From Candidatus Kaiserbacteria bacterium (lineage in GTDB: Bacteria > Patescibacteriota > Minisyncoccia > Phycocordibacterales > UBA2100): DNA of 64,000 nucleotides. The notes under the pieces were generated by a model. That model was not told the DNA's origin, searched no databases, and saw only the letters and a program-made list of their open reading frames with translations. This document shows positions 1-9,826 of this stretch, piece by piece. The stretch spans positions 16,598-80,597 of the forward strand of contig CAVYCR010000012.1 in the NCBI GenBank assembly GCA_963767115.1, in the 5' to 3' direction. Position 1 is the stretch's first letter, and each line of letters begins with the position of its first letter. The position numbers were made by a program, and so were the translations under genes.

Positions 1-544
1 AATGCTCGAAAAAGAGTGACGCTATTTCTTCTTGTTCAGCTGGTGAAAAATTCTTCTCAATTTCAACTAAAGAAAGCTGGTATTTACTCTTAAATTGTTC
101 AATTTCCTTCTCAAGGGTCATAAACGGAGCCTCAGTAAGATTGAGTTCGTGGAGTTGTTTAAGAAATCCTCCAATCCGACGACCTATTAACTTTCGATCA
201 GCTTCGGTTAGATTTTCTATCGACAATTCAAGCCTATCTCCCATGATGCCTTCGTAGCCGAAGTAGTCGAGATAAGGGTGCTCCCATTTAACATTAGGAA
301 TGGCGATTTCAGTTTCAATCTGTGAGGCAAGTTTGTAGGCGGCAACTTCCAACTTGTACTGTTCTTTGATTTCTTCAGATCGAGGAAACTTAAAAACGAA
401 TTCACCCGAGTTAATTATATATACGCGACTATCCCAACCAATATCATTTACGACTATGCCTTTGTCATCATTTAATTGGAGTAAATCTAAAATCACCCTC
501 TTTTCTTGCTCTATTGGCTCTTTGTCTGCTATTTGTGACATCAT
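1..544 (-). CDS. phosphotransferase-family protein (APH/choline-kinase-like), N-terminal part; truncated by left window edge
   Basis: Hand translation of minus strand from ATGATG at 544/541: MMSQIADKEPIEQEKRVILDLLQLNDDKGIVVNDIGWDSRVYIINSGEFVFKFPRSEE... stays open to position 1. G-W-D-x-x-V-Y...F-K-F-P-R resembles the N-lobe of aminoglycoside/kinase-like phosphotransferases. Absent from the ORF track because it runs off the edge. Region is AT-rich. Confidence 0.55.
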   Translation of the reverse strand, partial: MMSQIADKEPIEQEKRVILDLLQLNDDKGIVVNDIGWDSRVYIINSGEFVFKFPRSEEIKEQYKLEVAAYKLASQIETEIAIPNVKWEHPYLDYFGYEGIMGDRLELSIENLTEADRKLIGRRIGGFLKQLHELNLTEAPFMTLEKEIEQFKSKYQLSLVEIEKNFSPAEQEEIASLFFEH

Positions 545-610
545 ACCTTCATTTTATCCTAAAAAGGATACGATAGCCCTCGTCATACCTCCGATACTTT
601 TTTCTTAAGG

Positions 611-681
611 CGGGCGATGAGGGAATCGAACCCCCGATAGCGGTTTTGGAGACCGCAGTTATGCCATTTAACTAATCGCCC
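611..681 (-). tRNA. tRNA-Trp (anticodon CCA)
   Basis: Reverse complement folds as a cloverleaf: acceptor GGGCGAT/ATCGCCC, anticodon stem GCGGT/ACCGC, loop CUCCAAA, T-loop TTCGATT. No encoded CCA. Confidence 0.85.
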
Positions 682-787
682 AAAACAGCTTGTAGCCGTT
701 AGCTTGTAGCTTATAGTTAAAATGCAAAAAATCCAACATTTTGAGTGGCTTTTCTACAAGCTACCAGCTATCAAGCTAAAAGCTATG

Positions 788-943
788 TTATTTCTTCGTC
801 TCCTTGAAGACGACGTGCTTGCGGAGCTTCTTGCTGTACTTCTTGAGAGTGACCTTGCGCTCGACGAGCTTCCTGTTCTTGCGCGTCCAATACACCTCGC
901 CAGTGGGCGCGTGCTTGAGCATTATCAATTGATCCTGCGACAT
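788..943 (-). CDS. rpmG: 50S ribosomal protein L33
   Basis: 51-aa ORF (below ORF-track cutoff), hand-translated: MSQDQLIMLKHAPTGEVYWTRKNRKLVERKVTLKKYSKKLRKHVVFKETKK. Typical L33 length and basic pattern; classic tRNA-Trp/rpmG neighbourhood. Confidence 0.8.
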   Translation of the reverse strand: MSQDQLIMLKHAPTGEVYWTRKNRKLVERKVTLKKYSKKLRKHVVFKETKK

Positions 944-996
944 AGTGTGTCAACTATAGCTGAAAAGGTACGATAAGTCAAAACACGAGCAGTCTC

Positions 997-1392
997 TTAG
1001 AGGTTGCAGACCGACCCCCAGGGTATGAGCGGCGCCCCCACGAGCGTCCGCATGACCGTGTCGACGACCAAGTACGCTGCCAAGATCACGACGAGCCCGA
1101 TCACGACATTGCCGAAGACTTGCTTGGCTTTCTTGAATTTGCCCGCGTCTCCCCCCGCCGTAGCGCTCAAGAAGCCTGCGTAGACGAAGGCGATCGCGGA
1201 GAAGAAGACGGCCAGATAGATGGCGTCGGTCAGCATGTTTTGGGCAAACTGCGCGATGTCGCAGATCGATGCACAACCGCCGGCGTTGTTGCAATCACTC
1301 GGCACGATCTGTACCAAACCTGCGGCGGAGGCGAGTGCAGGGGCCGAGACGATGACCGTCATCGCTATAGTCATGAGCCACAGGCGCCACAT
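997..1392 (-). CDS. TrbC/VirB2-like (T4SS-pilin-like) small membrane protein
   Basis: 131 aa with a signal peptide (…SAPALASAAG) and two hydrophobic helices flanking a GGDAGKFKKAK loop. Same architecture as the five tandem paralogs at 25.5-27.5 kb. Confidence 0.5.
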   Translation of the reverse strand: MWRLWLMTIAMTVIVSAPALASAAGLVQIVPSDCNNAGGCASICDIAQFAQNMLTDAIYLAVFFSAIAFVYAGFLSATAGGDAGKFKKAKQVFGNVVIGLVVILAAYLVVDTVMRTLVGAPLIPWGSVCNL

Positions 1393-1440
1393 ATGATGAA
1401 TATTGTATCACGCGGCAAAATGCGGCATACTAACACCACT

Positions 1441-1524
1441 GCGTCGGTGGCGGAGCGGTCAATCGCACTTGGCTGTAAACCAAGCGACTTCGGTCTACGG
1501 GGGTTCGAATCCCTCCCGGCGCAC
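1441..1524 (+). tRNA. tRNA-Tyr (anticodon GTA), long variable arm
   Basis: Acceptor GCGTCGG/CCGGCGC (one G-U), anticodon stem CTTGG/CCAAG, loop CUGUAAA, variable arm GAC-TTCG-GTC, T-loop TTCGAAT. Confidence 0.85.
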
Positions 1525-1530
1525 AAAAAG

Positions 1531-1567
1531 CCAAAGCCAGAGCATGTCTCTGGCTTTGTGCGTTTTT
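1531..1567 (+). terminator. intrinsic terminator-like hairpin after tRNA-Tyr
   Basis: CAAAGCCAGAG-catgt-CTCTGGCTTTG followed by TGCGTTTTT. Confidence 0.55.
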
Positions 1568-1570
1568 GTA

Positions 1571-1678
1571 GCGTCCGGAGGGATTCGAAAGCCGCAGCCG
1601 AAGCCCCGCACAGTAGTGCGGGCGGCGAGGCGGGGTCGCGAAAAAATACTTGCGGCGGCAAGTATTTTATTTGTGACC
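1571..1678 (+). repeat. tRNA-trailer structured repeat, array A (GGATTCGAAAGCC module, CAGTAG-loop hairpin, full unit 1627-1678)
   Basis: GAGGCGGGGTCGCG-aaaaaatacttgcggcggcaagtattttattt-GTGACC. The outer stem GGTCGC/GTGACC encloses an AT-rich inner hairpin. Homologous units lie at 12.1, 19.1, 25.4 and 57.7-57.9 kb. Confidence 0.7.
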
Positions 1679-2146
1679 GAACCTTATGGAGCATAACAAC
1701 CTCCAAGGCAGGAGATGCGACGGTACTGGTGAACATCCGACAGGCATTGTCGATGAAAGCGACTTCGACATCGACGACGAATATGACCCCGACGATGATG
1801 GTTCGTTTGACGTGCCTTGGGGTTAGGCAACACTGATCGCCTCAACGTAACCAAGCAAAGCCATGCATTCTGATTAACTGCTCAACCTAAATGCCGCTCG
1901 ATCCTCTGTGGGTCGGGCGGTTCTTTTTTGCTCAGGCTAAGTTTTTATTATGCATTCGCATCACTTTGTCCCGTACAGTCCTTTGCTGATAATGCCGCAA
2001 AAGGTTGCCCCCGAGGGGCCCAAAAAAATATAACCCGTAGTTATTTTTAGATTCTTTTCTTCTTCCTGTTTTGAGCCAACAGAAGGTCGGTGTATCTCAC
2101 AAAGATCATCAATGATATAATTCCGATCATAAGGTAACTGGAAATT

Positions 2147-2449
2147 ATGATACTCTTCCTCATTCTTGGGATCCTCTTGGGCGCCGCTGCAGTGCTCTTC
2201 GCGCTGCAAAACGTCACGGTAATAACGGTGAGTTTCTTCGCGTGGCATCTGCAAGGCTCACTTGCGCTCATTCTACTGGTGTCGATCGGGGTCGGCATGA
2301 TTATTTCCCTCCTCATCATTCTTCCCGAAAGTATTTCCAACTATTTCAACTTCAGGCGTCTCAAGAAAGAAAACGCGAACCTCGAAGAGGCTCTTCGCAA
2401 ACAAAAAGAACTGACCGTCTTCGCGAAGCAAGCTCCGCCGACTCTATAA
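2147..2449 (+). CDS. LapA-domain (DUF1049-like) small inner-membrane protein
   Basis: 100 aa. Two N-terminal TM helices are followed by a charged coiled tail (RRLKKENANLEEALRKQKEL), the typical LapA_dom layout. Confidence 0.55.
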   Translation: MILFLILGILLGAAAVLFALQNVTVITVSFFAWHLQGSLALILLVSIGVGMIISLLIILPESISNYFNFRRLKKENANLEEALRKQKELTVFAKQAPPTL

Positions 2450-2500
2450 ATAAAAAGAGGGCCAAGCAGATCATAGCGATCTGCCTGGCTGTGGCCTGCC

Positions 2501-2845
2501 CTATGGGCGGCCGAGAACGGTGACCTCAAGAGAGGCGACGCCATCCTGCTTCATGCCGAGGACTGTGGCGATCTGTGTCGAAACATCGAGATCCCGGTGG
2601 GTCCATTTCTCAGGACCATAATCGCGGACGACGCCAATCGTCGTTCTGCGAGTCTTTGGGTTATAGAGTCTGAGCATCGTTCCTTTGGGATATTTCCTGT
2701 TGGCGACGCAGTCCGCCTTGAACGGGCACGCATACCACGTGGTGACCATCGTCTCAGCGACAGCGGGCGCTGTAGAGATGAGACATGCCGATACCAGTGC
2801 GGAAGACAGCAGGCCCGTCGTCAAAGATGCGCTCATTCGAGACAT
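2501..2845 (-). CDS. RlpA-like double-psi beta-barrel (DPBB) secreted protein
   Basis: Start chosen at ATG 2845 (MSRMSASL…, RBS AAGGAAAA). Signal peptide, then TTWYAC…GTMLRLYNPKTRRTTIGVVRDYGP…RDLDVS…LG, matching the RlpA/DPBB pattern (WY…V.V.DRGP…R.iDLS). Confidence 0.55.
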   Translation of the reverse strand: MSRMSASLTTGLLSSALVSACLISTAPAVAETMVTTWYACPFKADCVANRKYPKGTMLRLYNPKTRRTTIGVVRDYGPEKWTHRDLDVSTQIATVLGMKQDGVASLEVTVLGRP

Positions 2846-2929
2846 TCGATTTTCCTTGTTGAACCCCCCGTGCGCTACCTTACTTCTTCTCTGATGAACA
2901 AGGCATGAAATGAGCACACAAAACATAAT

Positions 2930-2957
2930 TTGACAATGGTATATAATATGCTATAAT
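2930..2957 (+). promoter_or_regulatory. sigma70-like promoter (TTGACA-16 nt-TATAAT)
   Basis: TTGACA at 2930-2935 and TATAAT at 2952-2957, about 25 nt upstream of the ORF starting at 2982. Confidence 0.45.
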
Positions 2958-2981
2958 TTCGAGAGCACTAGGGAGAAGAAA

Positions 2982-3197
2982 ATGAAAGTTGTTATGATCC
3001 TCGGAATAGTCTTGATTTTGGGGACGCCCGCGCTTGCGGATCGTGGTAGTCCTCCGACCGCCGTACCGATCATCGAGAAAGCGAAGGCGCCGACCGAAGT
3101 GCCGCTGCAACCAGTCACGGGCAAAAAGAAATGCATGCCGTACTGGGAGCTGGGCGCTAACGGCGAGTGCACACCGCCGCACTATCCCGAAGAATGA
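2982..3197 (+). CDS. small secreted hypothetical protein
   Basis: 71 aa. RBS GGGAGAAG, signal peptide MKVVMILGIVLILGTPALA, consensus promoter upstream and terminator downstream. Confidence 0.5.
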   Translation: MKVVMILGIVLILGTPALADRGSPPTAVPIIEKAKAPTEVPLQPVTGKKKCMPYWELGANGECTPPHYPEE

Positions 3198-3218
3198 ATA
3201 ATCCGAACGTCGCAACGC

Positions 3219-3256
3219 AAAGGCCGCCCATACTTCGGGCGGCCTTTTACTTTTTA
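3219..3256 (+). terminator. intrinsic terminator between convergent genes
   Basis: AAAGGCCGCCC-atacttc-GGGCGGCCTTT followed by TACTTTTTAT. Confidence 0.6.
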
Positions 3257-3270
3257 TATTGTAAGGTGGC

Positions 3271-5972
3271 TTACGCTCGTGCTGCCGCTCGTGCGCGCAC
3301 CGAGTGCGATCGCTCCGGGCCTTTGCGCACGTCGAATTTGAATTCATCCTCAATGAAATCCACCTTGACCATTCCCCCTTCGAGCACGCCGCGTGCGACC
3401 ATCATGTTGGCGATTGGCGTGAGGATCTTGGTCTGGATCAGACGCTTCAAGGGGCGCGCGCCGTATTGCGGGTTGTAGCCATCTTTGGCGAGATGTTCGA
3501 TCGCCGCTTCGGTGAGCGTGAGCGTGATGCGCTTCTCTTCGAGGCGCTTCGCGACGATGTCGACCTGCATGCGGACGATATCCTTGATCGCTTCCGGCGT
3601 GAGAATGTTGAAGAGAATGATCTCGTCGAGACGGTTGAGGAACTCGGGTCGGAAGAATTCTTTGAGCGAATCCGTGACCTTGTCCTTGGCCTGCTCGTAG
3701 CGGTCGCTGCTCGGTGACCGATGAGCCCGCTACCGAAGCCGAGGCCCGACATCTTGTCGATGTGTTCGGCGCCGATGTTGCTCGTCATGATGATGACGCA
3801 GTTCTTGAAGTTGACCGTGCGACCCTTGGAGTCGGTGAGGCGGCCGTTGTCGAGGACCTGCAGAAGCACGTTGAAGACTTCTGGATGCGCCTTCTCGATC
3901 TCGTCGAAGAGGATGACGGAGTACGGGCGATGGCGCACGAGCTCCGTGAGGTCGCCGCCTTCGTCGTAGCCGACATAGCCTGGCGGCGAGCCGATCATTT
4001 TGGAGACGCGAGTGCTTCTCCATGTATTCCGACATATCGACGCGGATGAGCGATTTATCGCTCGTTGAAGAGGAATTCGGCGAGCGCGCGCGTGAGCTCG
4101 GTCTTGCCGACGCCGGTCGGACCGAGGAAGAGGAACGATCCGACGGGCCTGATTGGGGTCGGAGATGCCCGCGCGCGAGCGCTTGATGGCGTCGGAGACC
4201 TTCTGGACGGCTTCGTCTTGGCCGACGATGCGCGCCTTGAGGTCGACGTCCATGCGCGAAAGTTTCTCGGCTTCTTCTTCGAGCATGCGCGAAACCGGTA
4301 CGCCCGTCCAGCGCGAGACGACGCCGGCGATATCTTCCTCGGTGATCTCTTCTTTGAGGACGCGGCGCGTCTGCTGGAGCTTCTTGAGACGTTTCATCGC
4401 AGCTTCGATGTCGCGTTCGAGCGCCGGGATCGTGCCGTAGCGCATCTCGGCGGTCTTGGTGAGGTCGGCGATGTTCTCTGCGGCGTCGGCCTCGCGTGCG
4501 CGCTGCTTCGAGCTCGCCCTTGGCGGTCTTGATCTCGGCGAGCGTTTCTTTCTCGTTCTTCCATTTCATCTCAAGCTCGCGGGTGGAATCGCGAAGGTCG
4601 GCGACCTCGGCCTCGATTGTCTTCACACGCGTCTGTCGCTTTCTCGTCGCCTGCTTCGGCCTCTTTCTTCAGAGCTTCGCTTTCGATCTCGAGGCGCGTG
4701 ATCTTGCGGTGCGCTTCTTCAAGCTGACCGGCGGCATGTTCTCAAGCGAGAGGCGCAGCGCCGAAGACGCCTCATCGATGAGGTCGATCGCCTTGTCGGG
4801 GAGGAATCGCTCGGTGATGTAGCGCGTAGAAAGTTGCACGGCTGCAACGAGCGCGTCGTCGGTGATATGCACGCCATGATAGAGCTCGTAGCGCTCCTTG
4901 AGACCGCGCAGGATCGCGATCGGCGTCTTCGACAGACGGCTCGTTGACGTAGACAGGCTGGAAACGGCGCGTGAGCGCGGCATCGTGCTCGATGTGCTTC
5001 TGATATTCTTTAAGAGTGGTCGCGCCGATGACGCGCATTTCACCACGAGCAAGCGCGGGCTTGAGCATGTTGGAAGCATCCATCGAGCCTTCTGCGGCAC
5101 CGGCTCCCACGAGCGTGTGGATCTCGTCGATGAAAAGGATGATCTTGCCTTCGGAGCGTTCGACTTCTTTCATGACCGCCTTGAGACGCTCTTCGAATTC
5201 GCCGCGATATTTCGTACCGGCAATCAAGAGCCCAAGGTCGAGCTGGACGATCTCCTTGCCGCGCAAGGACTCTGGCACATCGCCGGAAGCGATGCGCTTG
5301 CAAGACCTTCGGCAACGGCGGTCTTGCCGACGCCTGCTTCGCCGATAAGGATGGGGTTGTTCTTGGTGCGACGCGAGAGGATCTGAATGACGCGCGTGAT
5401 CTCGGTGTCGCGGCCAATGACCGGGTCGAGCTTGTTCTCGCGAGCGCGCTCCGTGAGTGAACGCGCGAAGCGCGAGAGCGCGCGCGGTTTGCGACGCTGC
5501 TTCCGTGTCGCCGCGGATCTTGCCCTCCTTGATATCGGTGAGTACGCGAGCGAGCGCGGTGCGGTCGATGCGGAAACGCGCGAAGAGATCCGAGGCAGGG
5601 CCCGGATGTTCGGCAATACCGAGCAAGCAAGATGCTCGGGCGAGACGAACTGATCGTTGAAAGAAGCCGCGATGCGCGGCGCAGCCTCGAAGACGCGGAC
5701 GAGCTCTGGCGTGAGATAGAGTTGGAAGCTCGGAGAGACCGCGGTCGCGCCGCTCGAGCCTTCGATCATTTCGAGGACCGAATCAGTGAGATGCGCCGTG
5801 TCGATCTCGACTTGCTCGAGCATCGGCAAGACCATGACTCTCTTCTTGCATGAGAAGCGCGGCGAGCAAGATGCAGGGTCGAGACCTGGTTGTGGCCGCG
5901 CTCGACAGCAAGCTGATGCGCGCGATGGATCGCTTCCTTTGCTTTGGTCGTGTAGTTGTTGAATGGTGCCAT
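3271..5972 (-). pseudogene. clpB: ClpB chaperone (AAA+ disaggregase), reading frame broken roughly ten or more times
   Basis: ClpB-like segments are spread over all three minus frames of the ORF track. Segments: [22 protein letters not shown]…; …[15 protein letters not shown]…; …[16 protein letters not shown]…; …[21 protein letters not shown]; [17 protein letters not shown]; [18 protein letters not shown]…; …[10 protein letters not shown]…. Length 2702 nt is not a multiple of 3. Confidence 0.85.
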
Positions 5973-6016
5973 GAGATATTTATAGGTTAGTTCCCTTCTA
6001 TACTATCATCAGTATA

Positions 6017-6877
6017 TTACTGCTCGGAGGTACCTGTTTCTTTCGCGGATTCATTAGTACTTTCCGCTATGATCGATGACGCGGGGATGAAGTCGCCGGC
6101 TCCTTGGGCGCGCGAAGCGCTCGTGCTGATGCCGATGAGCTCTCCCGCAGTGTCGATGAACGGGCTTCCGTACGTTAGATTATCACCCGAAATGTTGCTT
6201 TCTGCAAGGGCTGGCGCATGGCTATCGGCCGGGATGATCTGAGTGATGAGCCCTGAGGCAATACGAGTGCTCGCCTTGCCCGCAAAAGAGATGACATTTT
6301 CCCCGAGTGAAGGCTCTACCGCGGCGAGCGCTACAGGCGACCACTGCGAGGTCGATGTGGCAAGGCTCGAAGTGGCGGGCGAGAGAAACGCGAGCTGATT
6401 GAATGAATCACGCGTACCGACTGTGCCGGAGATACTGGTACCATCGGAGCGCAAGATCATGACCTGTGAGGTGCCGGGAATGGTGCTCATGTCTGTCACG
6501 ATAGTGCCTGAGGAGTTGATCACAACACCAAGGCCGAGGAAAGTCGTACCGTCACTCGAATACAGGCGCACGAGCGAAGGCGTCACCTTGGCCACCGATT
6601 GCGCGCTCTGATCAGAAATCACCACGATGGATTTGGTGGGCAGAGGAGATGCTGCCGAAGCGACCGACGTCTTGCTCGGCGCCGCCGCCTCGTCGATCGT
6701 CTGCTCTATCACCCGGTTGACCGTCTGCGCCACTTCAGGTGTGGACTGCGACATGAGCGAGATAGTCACGATGCAGGTGGCTGTCGAAGTAATGAACGAT
6801 ATAAGGAGAGTCAGAAGAACCAATTGGGATCGTGAGAGTTCTTCAATATCCATGAACGAAGCATACCACTGCCTCAA
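6017..6877 (-). CDS. membrane-anchored trypsin-like (S1) serine-protease-like protein, divergent catalytic motif
   Basis: 286 aa with an N-terminal TM anchor and a chymotrypsin-fold-like pattern (…SLVRLY…GLGVVINSSGTIVTD…, …YGSPFIDTAGELIGIST…). The canonical GNSGGP is not present. Confidence 0.45.
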   Translation of the reverse strand: MRQWYASFMDIEELSRSQLVLLTLLISFITSTATCIVTISLMSQSTPEVAQTVNRVIEQTIDEAAAPSKTSVASAASPLPTKSIVVISDQSAQSVAKVTPSLVRLYSSDGTTFLGLGVVINSSGTIVTDMSTIPGTSQVMILRSDGTSISGTVGTRDSFNQLAFLSPATSSLATSTSQWSPVALAAVEPSLGENVISFAGKASTRIASGLITQIIPADSHAPALAESNISGDNLTYGSPFIDTAGELIGISTSASRAQGAGDFIPASSIIAESTNESAKETGTSEQ

Positions 6878-8106
6878 ACGTGCCCAAAATCAGCCGCTAG
6901 TGTACAAGCTTTCGCGAGCGCTTGAGCGGCAAGAGAGAGGTCGAGGACAGTCGTTGCGCGTCCAAATGAGAAACGCAACGTGCTTGTCGCACGCCAGTGT
7001 AGTCCCGCCTCCTTCGCCAAAGCTTCGGCGGCCACGGCAAGCGCCTTCACTACGTGTGATTCCCGCGCCTCCCCTTCGCGGCAAGCACTTTTGGTCGAGA
7101 GCGCGAAGCCCGCATGGTCGAGCGCGAGGACGACGTATTCGCTGTTGATATTCGGTACTGAAATATTGAGGATGTGCGGGAGTGAATTCCGCAGATCGGT
7201 GTTGAAAACCACAGCAGGAATGAGTGCGGCGATTTCGCGTGCGAAGTCATTGCGAAGCTCGCGCAGACGTCTTCCTTCATCAACACGCTCGAGAGCGATG
7301 ATATCGAACGCTTTTGCAAAACCGGCGGCAAGCGCGACGTTTTCCGTCCCGGCACGCAATCCCCGCTCCTGCGAACCGCCAAAAGTGACCCCCGAGATAT
7401 CTGCACGATCGCTCATATACAAAGCGCCGATTCCCCGCGGACCATAGAGCTTACCGGAGTCTAGTGAGAGCAGGTCGACGCCAAGCGAGCGTGGATGTGC
7501 GGCTTCGTAGAGTGGCGCTTGGCCTGCGTCGCTATGCAAGAGGATCGTCGTGCCGTATACCTTCCCATGCGCGGCAATGACCCGTGCGATCCGTGCGAGC
7601 GGCTGGATCGTCCCGATCTCGCCGTTGCCCCAGCCGATCGATACAAAAACGGTTTCTTTACGAAGCAGTCGCTCTATTTCTTCAGGCATTATCACACCGT
7701 GCGCATCGCATGGCGCAAACGTGACTTCGCCGCCGAGGCGTTCGACTTCCCCATATGCTTCGAGCACCGAAGGATGCTCGATCGCGCTCACGATCCAATG
7801 CGTGTGCGCAAGCGTGCCACGCAGCAAAAGCTGCTTACGTGCAAAACCAAGGATCGCAAGGTTGTTGCCCTCGGTACCACCGGAGGTAAAAATTATTTCC
7901 CGCGGCTTGCAGCCGAGCTGCCGTGCCACAGACTCTCGTGCACGGGTCAGTGAGACATGTGCTTCCACGCCTTCTGTATGAATCGCTCCGGGATTACCAT
8001 ACTCTTGAGAGGCCACCTCATACGCACGTATTGCCTCAGGCAAGACCGGTGTCGAGCCCGCATAATCGAGGTAGATACGGGTTTTTATTGCTGTGTCATC
8101 AGACAT
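6874..8106 (-). CDS. cysteine desulfurase (class V aminotransferase, NifS/IscS-like)
   Basis: Start at ATG 8106 (MSDDTAIKTRIYLDYAGSTP…). Shows TSGGTEGNN, the PLP-lysine context SLDSGKLYGPRGIGALY and the active-site Cys context ALSTKSAC. Confidence 0.8.
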   Translation of the reverse strand: MSDDTAIKTRIYLDYAGSTPVLPEAIRAYEVASQEYGNPGAIHTEGVEAHVSLTRARESVARQLGCKPREIIFTSGGTEGNNLAILGFARKQLLLRGTLAHTHWIVSAIEHPSVLEAYGEVERLGGEVTFAPCDAHGVIMPEEIERLLRKETVFVSIGWGNGEIGTIQPLARIARVIAAHGKVYGTTILLHSDAGQAPLYEAAHPRSLGVDLLSLDSGKLYGPRGIGALYMSDRADISGVTFGGSQERGLRAGTENVALAAGFAKAFDIIALERVDEGRRLRELRNDFAREIAALIPAVVFNTDLRNSLPHILNISVPNINSEYVVLALDHAGFALSTKSACREGEARESHVVKALAVAAEALAKEAGLHWRATSTLRFSFGRATTVLDLSLAAQALAKACTLAADFGHV

Positions 8107-8198
8107 AAGCGTATTGTGTACGGAGGAGGAATTTTTTGCAAAGACCATGATTTTGAAGTATAATACTGCGATAAGGCCTATGGCTGAATACATCCGTT

Positions 8199-9697
8199 AT
8201 GTCTCAAAAGCAATCACACTCGATAGAGCGTCCTCCCGTCGTGGTGGTGATGGGACATGTCGACCACGGCAAGTCGACGCTGCTTGACTTCATCCGCCAA
8301 TCCAACACGGTCGCCAAGGAAGCCGGCGGCATCACGCAGCACGTCGCGGCATACGAAGTAGAACGCGAACGAGGTGGTTTGCACAAAAAGATAACCTTTA
8401 TCGATACCCCCGGCCACGCGGCCTTCAGCGCGATCCGCGCGCGCGGCGCCAACGTCGCCGACATAGCGATCCTCGTCGTCGCAGCTGACGACGGCGTCAA
8501 GGCGCAGACGCTCGAAGCGCTCGCGCAGATCCGCGAAGCGGGCATCCCCTTCATCGTCGCGATCAACAAGATCGACAAGCCAAACGCGAGCGTCGAGCGC
8601 ACGCAAGCGTCGCTCCTGGAGCAGCAGGTCTTCCTCGAAAACCTCGGCGGCGACGTGCCGTGGGCGGCAATCTCCGCGAAGGCCGGCACCGATGTCGAAG
8701 AATTGCTCGACCTGATCCTCCTCGTCGCCGAATTGAACGAGTTCAAAGCCGACCCTTCGCTAAGCGCATCCGGCTACGTCATAGAAGCGCATCGCGACCA
8801 GAAGCGCGGCATCGCAGCAACGCTCATCATCAAGAAGGAGCGCTCGAGAGCGGCATGGCAGTGCTTGCAGGAAGCGCGATCGCGCCGGTGCGCATCATGG
8901 AAGACTACGCCTCGCATACGTTGAAGTCCGCTTCTTTTTCGACACCGGTCACGCTCGTCGGCTTCGATACCCTGCCGGAAGTCGGCGCGGAATTTCAAAC
9001 ATTCAAGAACAAACGCGAGGCTGAAACAGCGCGCGGTGAAATCACCACAGCACGCGAGATCCCTACGGTCGGAGTATCGAGCGCGAGTCGGTACCTTCTG
9101 CCGGTCATCGTCCGCGCCGACGCAAGCGGCTCTCTCGAAGCGATCGCACACGAGATCGTGAAAATCGGCGACGAGCACGCTGGCGTCTCGATCGTACTCT
9201 CGGGCATCGGCAATATTTCGGAAAACGACGTGAAAACCGCGATGGCGGGCTCCACACAGGCGCTCCTCATCGGCTTCAACGTGACCATCGACCCCGTCGC
9301 CGAAGCACTCGCCCGCCAGCATGCGGTGCCGATCGAGACATTCGCCATCATCTACAAGCTCACCGAGCATCTTGAGGAGCGGCTCGCTGCGCTCAAGCCG
9401 AGCCGCACCGTCGAAGTGGTCTCCGGCGTCGCACGCATCCTGCGCCGCTTCAGCTCGCAGCACAACGTGCATGTGGTCGGCGGATCGGTGAGCGAAGGCA
9501 TCCTTGAGGTCCACAAAGACGTGCGCATCAACCGTCGCAAGATCATGATCGGCAAGGGCGAGATCATCAACATCCAGATCAACAAGCAAAATGCCTCGAA
9601 GGTCGAGGCAGGCAACGAATTCGGCGCGCAGATAGAAGCGACCTTTGAGATCGCCGAGGGTGATACGCTCGAATACATAACGACCAAAAAAGAATAA
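8199..9697 (+). pseudogene. infB: translation initiation factor IF-2 (short form) with one apparent -1 frameshift near 8833
   Basis: G-domain GHVDHGKSTLLD/DTPGH/NKID lies in frame 8199; domains II-IV (…GALESGMAVLAGSAIAPVRIM…EGDTLEYITTKKE) lie in frame 8660..9697. The junction aagaaGGAGcgc looks like loss of one G. The 1499-nt length needs +1 nt. Confidence 0.85.
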
Positions 9698-9822
9698 TAT
9701 GGTGGGACACTCGCGCGGAATAAGTATTTTGGGGTCTTTGCATCGCGGCGGCGCGAAACAGAGTTCTTTTTCAGCAGAAAAAGAACGACCCCAAAATACC
9801 TATTCCGCGCGAGTGTCCATAT
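9697..9822. repeat. long inverted-repeat element filling the infB-rbfA spacer
   Basis: Arms 9697-9736 and 9787-9822 (ATATGG(TG)GGACACTCGCGCGGAATAAGTATTTTGGGGTC vs its complement, few mismatches). The core contains the hairpin TTCTTTTT-CAGCAG-AAAAAGAA. Confidence 0.8.
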
Positions 9823-9826
9823 AGAT

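Noticed and set aside
1686-1826. 46-aa acidic ORF (MEHNNLQGRRCDGTGEHPTGIVDESDFDIDDEYDPDDDGSFDVPWG) after the tRNA-Tyr repeat
   Set aside because: No RBS is visible. Its 5' end is repeat-family sequence (CTCCAAGGCAGG, also at 19.18 kb where the frame closes after 12 codons). There is too little evidence to call it a gene.
1120-1836. 238-aa plus-strand ORF
   Set aside because: It runs antisense through the pilin-like gene, then straight through tRNA-Tyr and the repeat array. It is a GC-rich open-frame artefact.
3730-5630. Several long Arg/Pro/Ser-rich ORFs on both strands within the clpB region (e.g. 3730..4626, 5040..5630, 4065..4532)
   Set aside because: They are out-of-frame or antisense readings of clpB. 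Only short stretches (e.g. [17 protein letters not shown]) are genuine ClpB segments, displaced by frameshifts.
3271-5972. Alternative genetic code or programmed recoding as an explanation for the broken essential genes
   Set aside because: The breaks are frame changes, not in-frame stop codons. TGA, TAA and TAG all terminate well-supported genes in this window. The shift sites share no slippery heptamer or common motif.
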